A DNA stretch of 64,000 bases from positions 50,282,001-50,346,000 of the forward strand of contig OX597815.1 of the NCBI GenBank assembly GCA_951406725.2. The letters run 5' to 3'. The stretch comes from Octopus vulgaris. Its lineage: Eukaryota. A program made the translations under genes and the position numbers. This document shows positions 13,106-26,939 of the stretch, in pieces; positions within the stretch are counted from its first letter, which is position 1, and every line of letters starts with the position of its first letter. The notes under the pieces are model-generated. The model had not been told where the DNA came from, searched no databases, and saw only the letters and a program-made list of their open reading frames with translations.

Positions 13106-13634
13106 ATAAATAATTAATAAATATGAAAGTCTTCAAAAAATTAATTCTGTAAGTAATAATTAGTTTGATTACAAATAAATGCAAGTATCCAATTTATAAA
13201 AATGAAAATGAAAAAATAAAAAAGGTATTTACTGGATTTAATCCATAAAGAATCTATTACTTTAATGAGACAAATTCTGAAGCCTCACATATATCACTAG
13301 AGTAATCCTCTCAAAAAGATTAATAACAATTTAGTATCATTCATTTATGTTGATTACCCTGTTGGCAATATCATCCATTAATCTTTTGCTTAAAATTCAG
13401 TATGTCCTCGATGTGGTCACTTACATTTCTAAAATGTAGCCAAAACAAACAATATTGACATGTATGAGTATATTTGTATAATAGATACGTACAGCGCTAA
13501 TGAATGCAGAAGAAATTTTATATCTTTGTTTACAGCTGCAACTTTCTAATTAACTTCAGATTATTTTAGTGAAATGTCACAAGTTAGTGGCTGCTGATAG
13601 GTTTTAAGCTTTATTATGGCATATTAATGATAAT

Positions 13635-14673
13635 AATAATCCTTTCCACTAAATGCACAAGACCTGAAATTTTGGGTCAAAGGACTAATCAATTACATCG
13701 ACCCCAATGTTTCACTGGTACTTAATTTATCAACCTCAGCAGAATTTGAACTCAGAACGTTAAGACACACAAAATGTTGCTGAGCATTTTGCCCAACGAG
13801 CAAATGATTCTGTCAGCTCGCCATCTTTTTAATGATGATGATAATCCTTTCTAATGGAGGCACAAGGCCTAAAATTTGTGGGGAGCGGACTAATTGATTG
13901 CATCAACCCCAGTGTTTCATTGGTACTTAATTTATTGACCCCAAAAGGATGACAGGCAAAGTTGACCTCGGCAGAATTTGAACTCAGAACATAGAGACAG
14001 GAGAAACACCACTAAGCATTTCATCCAGTGCACTAATGATTCACCTGCTTGCCATCTTTTTAATGATAATAATAATAATAATGGTTTCAAATTTTGGCAC
14101 ACGGCCAGCAATTTCAAAGGGGGTGGGTAGACGATTATATAGAGCCCCAGTGCTCAACTGATACTTACTCTATTGACCTCAAAAAGGATGAAAGAAAAAG
14201 TTGACCTCAGTGGAATTTGAACGCAGGACATGAAGACCAATGAAATGATGGAAAGCATTTTGTCCAGCATGCTAAAGATTCTGTCAGCTGGGCACAGTCC
14301 TTTTTATTATAGGTATGAGGCCTGAAATTTTGTGGGGAGGGGGCTAGTCTATTACATCAACTCCCAACACTTCAGTGGTACCTATTTTATCAAACCCGAA
14401 AGAATGAAGAGTAAAGTTCACCTCAACAGAATTTGAACATTGAATGTAAATGCCACTACTTGCTTTGTCTCGCATGCTAATCTGCCAGCTTGCTACCTTG
14501 ATAACAGGTAGTAAATTACATTGACCCCAGTACTTAACAGGTACTTTTTATAGACTCTGAAAGGTTGAAATACAAAGTCAGCCTCAGCAGAATTTGTGTT
14601 CAGAATATAAAGATTTGGAAGAAATGCCACTGAGCATTTTGTCTGGTGCACTTATGATTCTGCTAGCGGACTA

Positions 14674-14716
<43 letters not shown>

Positions 14717-14748
14717 TGTAAAACAAACATACCTTCTAAACATTCTTA

Positions 14749-14787
<39 letters not shown>

Positions 14788-14960
14788 TAATAATAATAAC
14801 TCTTTCTACTACAGGCAGAGGGCTCAAAATTCATCAATTCCAGTACTCAATTGGTACTTATTTTATCGATCCAAAAGGATGAAAGGCAAAATCAAACTCA
14901 GTAGGATTTGAACTCAGAACATAAAAACAGATGAATTGCTACTAAGCATTTTTCCGTGTG
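13635..14960 (-). mobile_element. Head-to-tail array of about 6-7 diverged copies of the Meta/MESC-like SINE
   Basis: Repeated ...cacaaggcc...gaccccag...ggtactt...gaatttgaactcagaa...gattctg units in the same orientation, separated by (AAT)n/(GAT)n. Confidence 0.8.
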
Positions 14961-15518
14961 CTTAGATGATAGATGATGATGATGTTGAGAAGAAGAAGAA
15001 GAAGAAGAAGAAGAAGAACGATGATGACAACAACAACAACAACAATAACAGGATAAGTATGCTACTTATTAAAACAATGATTACTCTGATTAAGTTTATT
15101 CCCTTCATTTGACTTGATAATACCTACTCACCACTGGACAAGTGTCGCCACAATTAGTTAGTGATGTGCACACAGTAGTTATTAGCAGAGGCTTAACACA
15201 GAGTTTAAGTATGAAATGACTGAAGCTACAAATAAGCTTCATATGAGCAGCAAATTGCATGTAATAATTGTATATGTGTGTGTAAGGCAGTGAGCTGGTA
15301 GAAGCATTAGCAAGCCAGGCAAAATGCTTAGTGGCTTTTTGTCTGTCTTCACATTCTGAGTTCAAATTCCACTGGGGTTTGCCTTGCCTTTCATGCTTCT
15401 GGGGAGGTGGAGGTCAATAAAATAATTACTAGTTGAGGAGTGGAGTCAATATAATCTACTTACCCTCTCCTCCGAACCTGCTGGCCTTGTGCTAAAATTT
15501 GAAATCATATATTATATA

Positions 15519-16439
15519 CTGGGTCATCCCATAAAAAATGCGTTTTTTCACTAGCATAAACTAAAAGTCAGAGGGGCATTGGATAAACTACCTGCATCAA
15601 CTTGCTATAAAAGCAGGTAGTAAATTTACCTTGTCCTTATTCTTTGTGCAAGTTTTGAAGAGTGCAGTTCAATTTTAACAGTTATCTTTTCAAAGCTATA
15701 ATGGAAGTGACAAAGAAGCATATTGGGCATATTTTGCTTTATGAGTTCAATAAAGGCATCAACACAATGGAAAGTGTGAGGAATATTAATGCTGTATATG
15801 GGGATTGGATAATAAGCATAAGCCAGTGTCAATGGTGGTTCCAGAAATTCCAAGCTGGAAACTACAGCCTAGAAGATGAGCCTCATCCTGGAAGATCTGT
15901 AGAGCTTGACAAGAACATCCTGGAAACCCTGATGGAATAAAATCCCATCATAACTGTTGAGGAACTAGCAGAGAAACTTGGATTTGGTCATACAATCAGT
16001 CATTCAAGTCAGTGTTAGAAGAAAAATGACCATCTTTGGTTTCAAGACAAAAAGTGTTCTTCTATCAGGATACTCCTCAGCTACACAGTGAGGATGACAT
16101 TTCAAAGGCTGAAGCAGTCTCAATGGGAAACGATGCCCCAGCCACCATATTCACCAGTACGTGCCCCATCTGATTATCATTTATTTCGCAGTCTTCAAAA
16201 TCATTTGGACAGAAAAGATATGAATTCTGTAGATTAGGTCAGAAGAATACTGGAGGAGTATTTTTTGTTATGGACAAGTGAATTTTGGAAGAGGGGTCTT
16301 GCAAGTCTACCAGATAGATGGAAAAGCATTGTAGAAAATGAAGGAGAGTATATTTCATATTAAAAAAGAATTTTGTTTACCTTAATTTTGGAAAATAAAA
16401 GAAGTATAAGAAAACCGCATTATTTATAGGATGACCCAA
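15519..16439 (+). mobile_element. Mariner transposon, internally deleted; transposase pseudogene
   Basis: TA TSD; TIR ctgggtcatcccataaa / tttataggatgacccaa. HTH region MEVTKKHIGHILLYEFNKG...WFQKFQAGNYSLEDEPHPGRS. YSPDLAP-like QPPYSPVRAPSDYHLFRSLQNHL at ~16140-16205. Confidence 0.92.
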
Positions 16440-16671
16440 TATTTATTCTTTTATTTGTTTCAGTCATTTGTCTGTGGCCATTCTGGTGTCGAACAAATTG
16501 ACACCAGAACTTCTTTTTTAAGCCTAGCACTTATTCTATTGGTCTCTTTTATCGAACTGCTAAGTTATGGCAACGTCAACAAAAACAACACTGGTAGTCA
16601 AACAATGGTGGGAGAACAAGCAGAAACAAAGACACACACACATATATATATACACACACCCCCACACACAT

Positions 16672-16830
16672 ATCTATAAAAATAAATGGCAAGTTTGTGT
16701 GTTTGTGAATTTGTTATTTTATCTCCTTTGAAACTATCCAACAGACCTTGATGAAACTTGGCACATGTGTGGGGCTTATGCCCATGTGGTCACTTACACA
16801 CTTGGAATTTTTAAAAGAATCGATTTTTAA
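16672..16830 (+). mobile_element. Helitron/DINE-like non-autonomous 5' fragment
   Basis: atctataaaaataaa start, GT-rich tract, then ...ccttgatgaaacttggcaca..., a motif characteristic of DINE/Helentron-like repeats. Confidence 0.45.
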
Positions 16831-18184
16831 GCATATAGCTGGTGCCACATTAACAGCATCCAGTCTACACTGTAATGTGGTTGGCATTAGGAAGGGCATC
16901 CACTTGTAAAAGTCATGCCAAAACTAACCTCACTTGTGCTAGTGCCACGTAAAAAGCACTGAATACACTCTGCAGATTGGTTGGTGTTAGGAAGGGCATC
17001 TAGCTGTAAAATCCCTGCCAAAACAGACACAGTAGCTTAGGGTAGTTTTTCTACCTGACCGGCTTCTGTCAACCATCCTACCCATGCATGCACAGAAGAC
17101 AGATATTAAATGATGATGATGATGCTGATGATGATGATATATATCATCATCATTTAACATCTGTCTTTCATGCTGGCATGGGTCGGTCAGTTTGACAGGA
17201 ACCAACCAGAGAGAAGATTACACCAGGCTACTGTGTCTGTTTTGGCAGGGTTTTTACAGCTGGATGCCCTTCCAAATGCCAACCACCCTGTAGACTGAAC
17301 TGAGTGCTTTTTATGCATATATATATACACAAACAAACACACACACACCATGGGCTTCTTTCAATTTCCATCTACCAAATTCACTCACAAGGCTTTGGTC
17401 AGCCCAAGGTTATAGTAGACACTTGCCCAAGGTGTGACACCGTGGAACTGAACCCAGAACTATGTAATTAGAAAACAAGCCTCTTACCACACAAACAGGC
17501 TTCTTTCAGTTTTCACTGACTGAATCCATTTACAAAGTTTTGATCAATCTGGAGCTGTAGAATACAATCTCAAGGGCCATGCAGACCAATGCCTTAAGTG
17601 AATTTAGAAGACAGAAACTGTGTGTGTGTGTGTGTTTATTTTTTTCTCCCCACTATCACTTGACAAAACCAGTGTTGATTTGCTTATGTCCCCATAACCT
17701 AGCAGTTCAGCAAAAAAGACTGATAGAATAAGTACTGAGCTTAAAGACATACTGGTGTTGATTTGTTCAACTAAACAATTCAAGGTTGTACCCCAGCATG
17801 GTCACAATCCCTTGACTGAAACAAGTTAAAGATAACAGATAAAGCATAGCATGAGATTTGCCCCCCACCCTGTGTCATTCCCAAATTGGCTGTCATTTCC
17901 TTACATATAACATCACTTTGATTACAACAAACTCATATAAAGTAGCCACCCTGTGCAATCCCTACATCCTATTCTACTCTACAGTAGATGTCCTAAACAG
18001 GGACATGTCATACTCAATGCATCATCATCATCGTCTAACATCCATTCTCCATGCTGGCATGGGTTGGATAGTTGGACATGGAACTGGCTAACAGCAAGCT
18101 GTCCAGACTCCAACTGTTTGTTGTAGCAGGGTTTCTGGATGCCCTTCCTAATGTCAAATAAATCTTTTCTGATAATAAACAAGT

Positions 18185-18570
18185 AGGCACAGGAGTGGCT
18201 GTGTGGTAAGAAGCTTGCTTCCCAACCACATGGTTCTAGGTTCATCCCATTGTGTGGCACTGTGGACAAATGTCTTCTACTATAGCCTCAAGCTGACCAA
18301 AGCCTTGTGAGTGAATTTGGTAGACAGAAACTGAAAGAAGCCCATCGTATATATATATATATATGCATTTGTTATTTGTCTGTGTTTGTCCCCACCATTG
18401 CTTGATGACCAATGTTGGCATGTTTATGTCCCCATCACTTAGCGGTTTGGCAAAAAGAGACCAATAGAATAATTACTACTCTTATAAAGAATAAGTCCTG
18501 GGGTCGATTTGCTCGACTAAAGGCAGTGCTCCAGCATAGCCACAGTCAAATGACTGAAACAAGTAAGTAA
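18185..18570 (+). mobile_element. Octopus tRNA-derived SINE (microsatellite-containing family)
   Basis: Full head ggcacaggagtggctgtgtggtaag through tail gactgaaacaagtaa. Many CpG sites are decayed to TpG/CpA. Confidence 0.85.
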
Positions 18571-19979
18571 AGAATAGATCTTTCGATATGATGGTGAACC
18601 TGATTAATTTTGGCTCCTCAGGTTTCATTCCTAGTCAAATAAAGGGCATCGTGTAATCTTTAGTTATCTGGTGCATTGGAAGAACTATTAGAGAATTGGA
18701 CAAACATTACTTCCATGATTTACTTTGTACAATACTTTATGTTCTGAGTTCAAATCTTACTATGATGAACTTTGTCTTTCAGTCCTCCTAGGGTTAGTAA
18801 GATGAAATAGCAGTCAAATACAGGAGTCAATAGAATTAACTGTTCATAGTTCAAAACGTTAAACTAAGGTTTCCAACATTCTAAATCCAAATTCTAATTC
18901 CTAGGTATACTGTTGCTGTAAATACATTGTCTTGTGCTCATATTAAAGATAAATTTAAGGCAACAAGCTTAGCAGCATTTTGTTCATCCTTAATTCTGAG
19001 TTCAAATTCTGCCAAAGTCAACTTTACAATGAATCCTTTTGGGGTTGATGCATTGGGATCAATTTAATTGACTTAACCCCTCCTCTGTACCAAAATTTGA
19101 AACCAATATTAGAAGTTTGGCCTTGTACCAAAATTTCAAACCAGTATTCTTTTCTACTCTAAGCACAAGGCCCGAAATTTTGGGGAGGGGGCCAGTCGAT
19201 TACATCGACCCCAGTACACAACTGGTACTTAATTTATCGATCCGAAAGAATGAAAGGCAAAGTCGACCTTGGCAGAATTTGAACTCAGAACATAAAGACA
19301 GTTGAAATACTGCTAAGCATTTCACCCAGCATGCTAACGTTTCTACCAGCTCACAGAATAAACTAATACCTTGTGGTTATTAGTTACATTAAGGGTGGAC
19401 ATCCCAACTGAGGTCGATTTTACTTTTCATTCATGTTTAGTTGATACATAAAAGTATCAGTTAAGTTTACTTACTGGAGTCAATATAAGTTCCTATACTC
19501 CTCCGCATCCTCCCTCCACAAAAAAATACGGCCTTACGCCAAATGTTGTTGGGTGGGGGGGAAAAAATCATTGTTGAAAAATGTGTTAAATCTGCCATTT
19601 CCAAACTCCTGGTTACTTGCCTCGCGTATAAACATCGTTCATAACAGAAACATACTTAACTTTCTGGATTATACTAGATGATGACATACTCAGAACGGTA
19701 AAATTTACTCGATTCCATTGAAACCATTTCAGAGAAAGAGGTGGGGAAAGAGAGAGAGAGAGAAGGAGAGACAGACAGAGAGAGAGAGATAGACAGACTG
19801 AGATTTATATCTAATTGTAGTCACTCAATTCTAATAAAGTCAGTAGCTTAGCCTATAAAGAGACAGGGTAGACAAAGGTAGGAGAAGAGGAAACAAAACC
19901 GCTGGGTAGGCAGGCAGCATGTAGATTAATAGGGAGGAAAGAAGAGAAAGTAAGGCTAGGTGTAGGTTAATGGTGGGGT

Positions 19980-20160
19980 AGGTACGTTAAACGTCTTCAG
20001 AAGCAGCAGAACGGATGTCGTTGTTTTGTTTTTCTGGACGACTTCTCCATATTCAACGCTGAACTTTCGCTCCTGCCATTCAACATGGCATGTAAACAAA
20101 TCATCTTCAAAAAGGAAGTGCGACTGAGAGAAGTCATTCTCCTGATTCTTCTTATACCAT
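19980..20160 (-). promoter_or_regulatory. Putative promoter / non-coding first exon of a leftward-transcribed gene
   Basis: Unique, CpG-retaining sequence at the edge of the left CpG-depleted domain. Contains ETS-like ggaagtg (20114-20120) and YY1-like aacatggc, followed on the minus strand by a CT-rich tract. No convincing ORF. Confidence 0.35.
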
Positions 20161-20396
20161 TTTTTTGTTTGTTTTTTTTTTGTGATTTTAAAAATTTTTA
20201 TTTATTTATTTATTTTCTTCTTATTTCACGGAAAAAGGTGGTGGTGAAGGAACCTTTCTCTCTTAGCATATATGCACGCGCGCGTGCATGTGTGTTTGAG
20301 AAAGTTTTTTTTTTTCGCATTTGTCTCTGGGTTCACCGTCAATAGTTGTTTCCAGTTTATGCAGAGTGTGAATGTATGTATGGATGGGGATGCACA

Positions 20397-20468
<72 letters not shown>

Positions 20469-22010
20469 TGTGCACGTGTTTCGCTTTCTCCATTTCTTAT
20501 ATTCTCACTTCCATTTCTATCAGCACCGCCATCACTTTTTTTCGTCCCCATACCTTCACTCCTATCTCTGGCTGTGGTACGTGTCCCATTGCCTTTTTTC
20601 CCCTTCTCTCTCTAATATCACACACAAACACATACATGTACATATTACAGATTCATCTAAATACGTGGGCATATACATGTTTTTATAAATGTATATATGT
20701 AAAAGAGTGTCTCTGTGTATGCACCCACGTACATGCGTAAGTACTACATATTTAAATACTTGTGCTTGTACAGAGAACACGCACATATTTCTCAGCAGTC
20801 ACCAACAGCTGTCGGCTTGCTTCATTTAAGATGTTTTCTACCGGACTGTAAGAAATGTCGACTTCTGCTGGGGTGACAGCGGCTTTGTTATTTCGTTTAC
20901 ACCCTCACTTAGTGAGGGTGGTATCAAGCCAAAATATACTGAATTACCTCAAGACGGGTGACTTGTCTCTGCTGCTGACAAGAACTAAAAGCATTAAATC
21001 ATTGTCGCTTTTATTCTAGGAATTTTAACATTCTTACCACTCGAATCTTTTCTTCTATGTAAAAACAAGACTTGTCATGGCTCCTCTTCGTCTAACACTT
21101 AGATAGGCGGGCTGGCGGTTTGTTTGAGAACGATGACAGCTCGTTTTCAATGTTGCTTTTGTCACAAGTTAAACTTTTTAATCAAAAGCATTCCAATATA
21201 TGACCATCATTCGGTTTAAATTCATGAATATTCTTTACTATCTTACTGCTTTCTGTCATTAGTCAGCGACTAATGACTGAGGTACTATATATTCTTTTCT
21301 TACTTTTACGTCTGGTACTTTTTCTATCGGTTTCTTTCGCCGAAACTTTAATTAGGAGGACGTAAACAAACCAACTCAAAAACACGGGCATACACATAAA
21401 TACATACACATACAAAGACTTCCACAGTTTGTGTTAACCAAATCCACTCACAAAGTATCGGTCGGGCCAAATGTGCTGCCCGGTCTGTTCCCGGAAACCA
21501 CGGGGTTGCGAAGTGAACGTTTTAACCACACAACCATGCCTGTGCTTAACAGTATACCCCGAAGGTCTTTCTTTTTTTTTCCCACACCTCACCCCAGATG
21601 ATAGTTTTTGATTAAGACCAACTAGCTGGTATGCTTTTGAGTATAGTTCTATTTAGATCAGAACTGACCAGAGGCAACACCAGCAAGAATAACAGTTCTG
21701 TCTATTAACATCACTTGGTATTCATCACCCGTGCAATTAAAAGCAGGCCTGCAAATAAATTAGCAAACATTTGTTGCTATGAGAGGAGCGAAAACAGTGG
21801 ATGAAAAAAATCCATCCTTTGGTGTTTACCTTCACAAAGGAGCAAAACAATGATTGGTACCAAACTCCATAGGATCCTGCTTCATAATTTCTCTTCAAAA
21901 CTAGAAAATCTGCTTTATGTCTGTATCGTCTTTCATTCTAAGACTTAGGATACTTTAAAGTCGTTTAACATTATTATATACGAGGTAGAAATCAATAAAA
22001 AATATATATA

Positions 22011-22855
22011 CCGTAAATCCTCGAGTATAATTCGCATTCTTTTCCCAAATTTTAATGGTCAAAATCCCTAGTGCGTACTATATACGAGGTTAAAAATGAA
22101 AGATATTTTCTAAGCAATGTCCGAGTCTCTATTTGCTCTCCGGCAATTGTTTTATTCAGACGCATTTTGTGATATCGGGCGCGAAAATATCTTAAGCTAA
22201 GTCTGAAAGCAATGAAGTCATAAATGAATCATCCATAACTTGCAGTAAGCAACATTTATTAAAATAAAAGTATTCAGAACACAGAATAACATGTAGCAAA
22301 AACAATTTGCAAACATATTTACATTACTATATAATAGTTAAGAACATCACCATTATTGTATTACGCATGCGCGGAAGTGTTTGTTCGACTAGGTGCTGCT
22401 GGCTTAATTACGCGCGAATTGTACTTAGTAGTTTAGCGCTAAATAGTTCATCCTGCCGTCTGTATTGGCAGTTTGCATCATTACCGTGGCAGACAATGGA
22501 TACGTAATTAAATACCAGTATTAAATGTTTGAACTACTGTGGGTCTTTACTAGGGTTTCTTATAAGTGGGACTTAAACCTGTACATTAATCTCCAATAAA
22601 ACATTTTATACACTACGTACCCATAAAATGCCTCGTAGATCTTATTCAGCTATGTTTAAAGTTGAAGTTATATCATATACTGAAGGACGTTACCGTATAC
22701 ATTTTTACAAACCAAGGACGTTATATAGACCTCCTTGACTCAAGTTAGAGAAGGGGTGCGTATTATACACAAGGTTTAGGTTTTTCAGAGGTACAGCCCC
22801 CTAAAAATCCCCTGCGTATTATACTCAAGGGCGGACTATACTCGAGGATTTACGG
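22011..22855 (+). mobile_element. pogo/Tc2-type non-autonomous DNA transposon
   Basis: TA TSD; TIR ccgtaaatcctcgagtata / tatactcgaggatttacgg; subterminal gcgtattatac repeats. Residual transposase N-terminus MPRRSYSAMFKVEVISYTEG from 22628 resembles the Brinker-type DNA-binding domain of pogo transposases. Confidence 0.9.
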
Positions 22856-24628
22856 TATATTCAACTTGTATACTTGATAGCTTTTAATTTTGATAGCTTT
22901 TAATTTTTTAATTTTTAAATTCTGTGAGTGGGGGAGTGTGCCGTAAAACTATATGTATAATACATACTTATTTTCATAAGTCATGATTAAAATTACGATT
23001 GCAAAGATTTCCTCGTCCAGTTTTATCAGGAAAAAAGGCGAATAAGAATTGCAAAAAAATGAAATGCGTATACAACACGCACTTCCCAAAGGGAAACCAC
23101 AATGTGGTCATTTGGCATCCAAGCATTAGCAATTAAATCTCCCTCAAATTATGCTGCATCGTTTTCAAATAATAAATTAAAATAATGCAGAACTAGATGG
23201 CCAATGTTAAAAGACGGGATCATCAAAGCTGGAATACTTTTAACCATCGATTTGCTCAGAGTTGACCTGGGGTTAAACAACTTCGTAGTTATTCAGTTTT
23301 TTAAAAAAATGGAGTCAGGAACTACTTTCATACAAGTATTTTGTGTGTGTTTGTGTGTAACGGAAACTGAAACCGCCGACATCAAACGGCAAAAAAATAC
23401 TAATAATACTTAAGCATTAGGAGTGTTTTCTGCAATATTTTATTGTTCTTCTGTCAGAAAATATTACGCTCGTTCAACGATGAAAAAAAAAAGTAAAAAA
23501 TTCCAAGACAAAAACAATTTAAAATATCATAACTTCTGAACTGGTTCACAATATGTTCTTGAGTTGTGCGATTAAGTAAGCTACTTTAGACATATTAGAA
23601 CTTCCCTTTTCTCCAAATATATTTAGAATTGGCAGAACAAAAGTTGCGCCAAAGCAGGAAATGAAAACATTACATATGTGCATAACTATCGCCAAAACAC
23701 GGTACATATGGCGAAATTACGCTTTTAAAATTCAAGTATCTGTGTGTTGGTGAACTAAATAAATGGAAGAAAAAAAAAAGAAAATTGTTTCCATTGGAAT
23801 TGGTAGTGATGAATAAAGCAAGAATTTATTCTTCAAATAGTAAGCTCAAAAGCTCAATGTTCGTTTGTACTTTTAGAAACCGATACTGTTCTGTGATTGC
23901 TTTTCTTCCTTTTCTTTATTTTTTCCTTCATTTTGTTTCAAGGAAGACTATAAAGGAAATAGGGTTGTAGAGGAATAAAAGAAGAGAACTGAAAGCAATG
24001 TGGTTGACATTTGTATGTCTTTTGATTACAAATCTGTCAACCGTAAAGCAAAGACAGCCAAAGGCTTAAAATTGTATATTTCCATATCGACTCCCATCCC
24101 GCAAGAACGTCCAACACCACTTCTAATGGTTTCGTAACACGAATGACTAAAGAGAAGAGATAAGCAAGCCATATGCTCATCTTTGAACTTGAATAAATTC
24201 TACTAAGAAAAATGTTTTCCACCAATAAGATTACACATGTATATATAAATATTAAAAAGTGATAGTATTTGTTCAATATCTACGTAATTAATGGACACAA
24301 TAATCATTTATTTATTCTGCCACTATGGTCTTTTCATGCAAACCACATTTAGCATTAATTTAAAGTTTGTTGGGTAGAAAGAAATCTTTTTTCTTTAGAT
24401 ATAAATGTTGCATTTGATAACGGCTTCTAACTTAGACACAAGGCCAACAAATTTGAAGGGAAAGAATTGTCGATTACATTGACTCAGTATTTGTCTATAC
24501 TTTATCGACCCCGGAGTGATAAAAGGCAAAGTAAAAAATCGGTTGGATTTGAACTCAGAACGCATTGACTGAAACAAATACTGCAAAACATTTTCGGAAA
24601 CTCAAACGATTCTGCCAAACGCCTAAAA

Positions 24629-24958
24629 CAGTAGTGCTCAACCGGGGTCCCTATAACACCTTGAGATCCTTATAAGATTTTTTGGGTCCACGTAAGCAAA
24701 ATGTTAAGCTGGAGACCCATAGTAATATACCAAGTGTCCATGAAAAAATTTGGTTTCAGATTTATTTATTGCAAGAAACAGCCGGATTACCTTTTCTAAC
24801 GTTTTATACAATTCAACGTACACAAGTTAATGTATGAAAAACAAAATAAGAATTTTCAAAGAGGTTTTTATAAAACTAGTTTTTGAATAACAATAGAGGT
24901 CCGCCAGAATAAAATAGTAATCAAAGGGGTCCGGAGCTAAAAACTGGTTGAGAACCTG
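24629..24958. mobile_element. hAT (Charlie-like) MITE, decayed
   Basis: Ends cagtagtgctcaacc / ggttgagaacctg with internal ggggtcc repeats. 8-bp TSD not recognisable. Confidence 0.6.
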
Positions 24959-25639
24959 GTTACAGCGAACCAGAGAAAATTATTGCAACGGAGAAACAAT
25001 AATACTACTTAAGACTATGTGGTTAAGTTCGCTCTGTAACCACGTGTTTTCGAGTTCAATCCCACTGCGCGCCACCTTGGACAAAGTGTCTTCTATTCTA
25101 GCTCCGGATGTATGTTCACATCTCTGTATCTTAGCGGTTCGGCAAAAGAAAACGATAGAATAAGTACCTGACTTTAAAAATAAGATTGGTGGTGCCTCAG
25201 CAAGGTCGCAGTCCAGTGACCGAAACAAGTACAAGAATAATGAACACATGTGTGTGTAGCTAGCGTCAAAGCGTGTGAGATAAATTGATTTTTCGTTGTC
25301 TACGACAGGCCACCTGGATAAGGTGTTAGCTGGACACGTGTAACTCTTTAATGAAAATGAAATCCAGACTCGCTATTTACATTGGTTGAATATGGTAGTC
25401 CTTACTGCGTATGTTATCTGCCAATGACGTTCTTTTGATTGGAACAAATTTAATGGTTATGATTGGTGGAATTAAAACTATGAGTTTTCGAAATTCCTCT
25501 GTGATCATTTTATACAAAAGCCGAGCATAGCAATCATTGGTTGGTTTCTTATTGGTGTCAAGGCATGTTCTCAATGTTTTACATAATCAAAACCATTCAA
25601 AGGCTAGTATGACGAGCTGTCCATCATAAACATATACAT

Positions 25640-26045
25640 AGGTGCAAGAGTGGCTGTGTGGTAAGAACTTGCTTCCCAGCCACATGATCCCGGGTTCAGT
25701 TCCTCCGCGTGGCAACTTGGGCAAATGTTTTCTAATCTAGCCTCAGGTCGACCAAAACCTTGTGAGTAGATTTGGTGAATGGAAACTGAAAGAAGCCTGT
25801 CATATATGTATATGTGTGTATGTATGTATATGCGTATGCATTTCTGCACCCTGCCATCGCTTGACAACCGATATTAATGTGTTTATGTCTCCCTTAACTT
25901 AGCGGTTCGGCAAAAGAGACAATAAAATAAGTACCAAGCTTACAAAGGATTAGTCCTGGGGTCGATTTCTTCAAATAAAACCCTTTAAAGCGGTGCTGCA
26001 GCATGGCCGCAGTCAAATGACTGAAACAATTAAAAGAATAAAAGA
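25640..26045 (+). mobile_element. Octopus tRNA-derived SINE (microsatellite-containing family)
   Basis: Same family as 18185-18570, but with CpGs largely retained. Confidence 0.85.
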
Positions 26046-26939
26046 ACAGACGGCTGGAAAAACATCATATGGGTTTGGATAACGAGGTTATAAAAAAGAA
26101 TAAACGGATGTTGAAAAAACCCTTCCTACCATCAGAAATTTTTCCAATTTTCGACACTGATATTAGTTTTGAATGCTGATGACGAAAATCACCTTCAATT
26201 TCTGTAGATATTAATAACACTGTGTAACACGATTTTAGTCCTCGGGCGGCAACTGTTATTTAATATTTGTTTACCCATAGAAAGAATAAAAAATGGTTAA
26301 TATTTCTTTCAAATTTTGCTTTAGTTACATTTATTCAAAATCCCCCAAATCCATCTTGACACACGGTTATGACGCTCTCCACTACTGCTCATGATCAGAG
26401 ATGCACATATTGTCAGCCACAAAGGGACATGCCCAAGTGGTTAAAGTGAAGCAACTGACAAGCAAATTTTTTTTTTTTTTTTTGAGCAGGATATTTGCTG
26501 TAACGATATTTCTGCTTCCGCAACTCAGCACTGAATCTGTGTGAAATGTAATGGAAAATAGGTCAGTTTCAAAATATTGGCAGTCAGGTCGCAAAAGCAA
26601 AGTTTGAAGGGAATGGTAATCATTTCATTTGAATTCTAGAAAGAAGCAAATAAGAAATAACACTTACTGACCATAAAAAAAAAAATTCTAACACAATGCA
26701 ATAATAAAGTTAGAAGCCTTTAACGTTTGAATTTCTCTCCAATCGTGCATCTCTATTGCCGACGAAACGAACGTTGCAGTTTCTATGAGTTGATAAACAA
26801 AATGAAAACATCACGAAAACTTGAAAGAATTTTCTTCCTTCCCTTTCTGTGTGTGTGTTTTAAATGAAAATAACTTGATAAAAGAAGATGAAAATAACCT
26901 TCGTCTATTAATCTTCTCATAAATTAAATTTCCAAAACA

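Noticed and set aside
19533-19598. Short minus-strand coding exon MADLTHFST... with gtaagg donor
   Set aside because: The donor is part of a decayed SINE end (tttggc.caaggcc).
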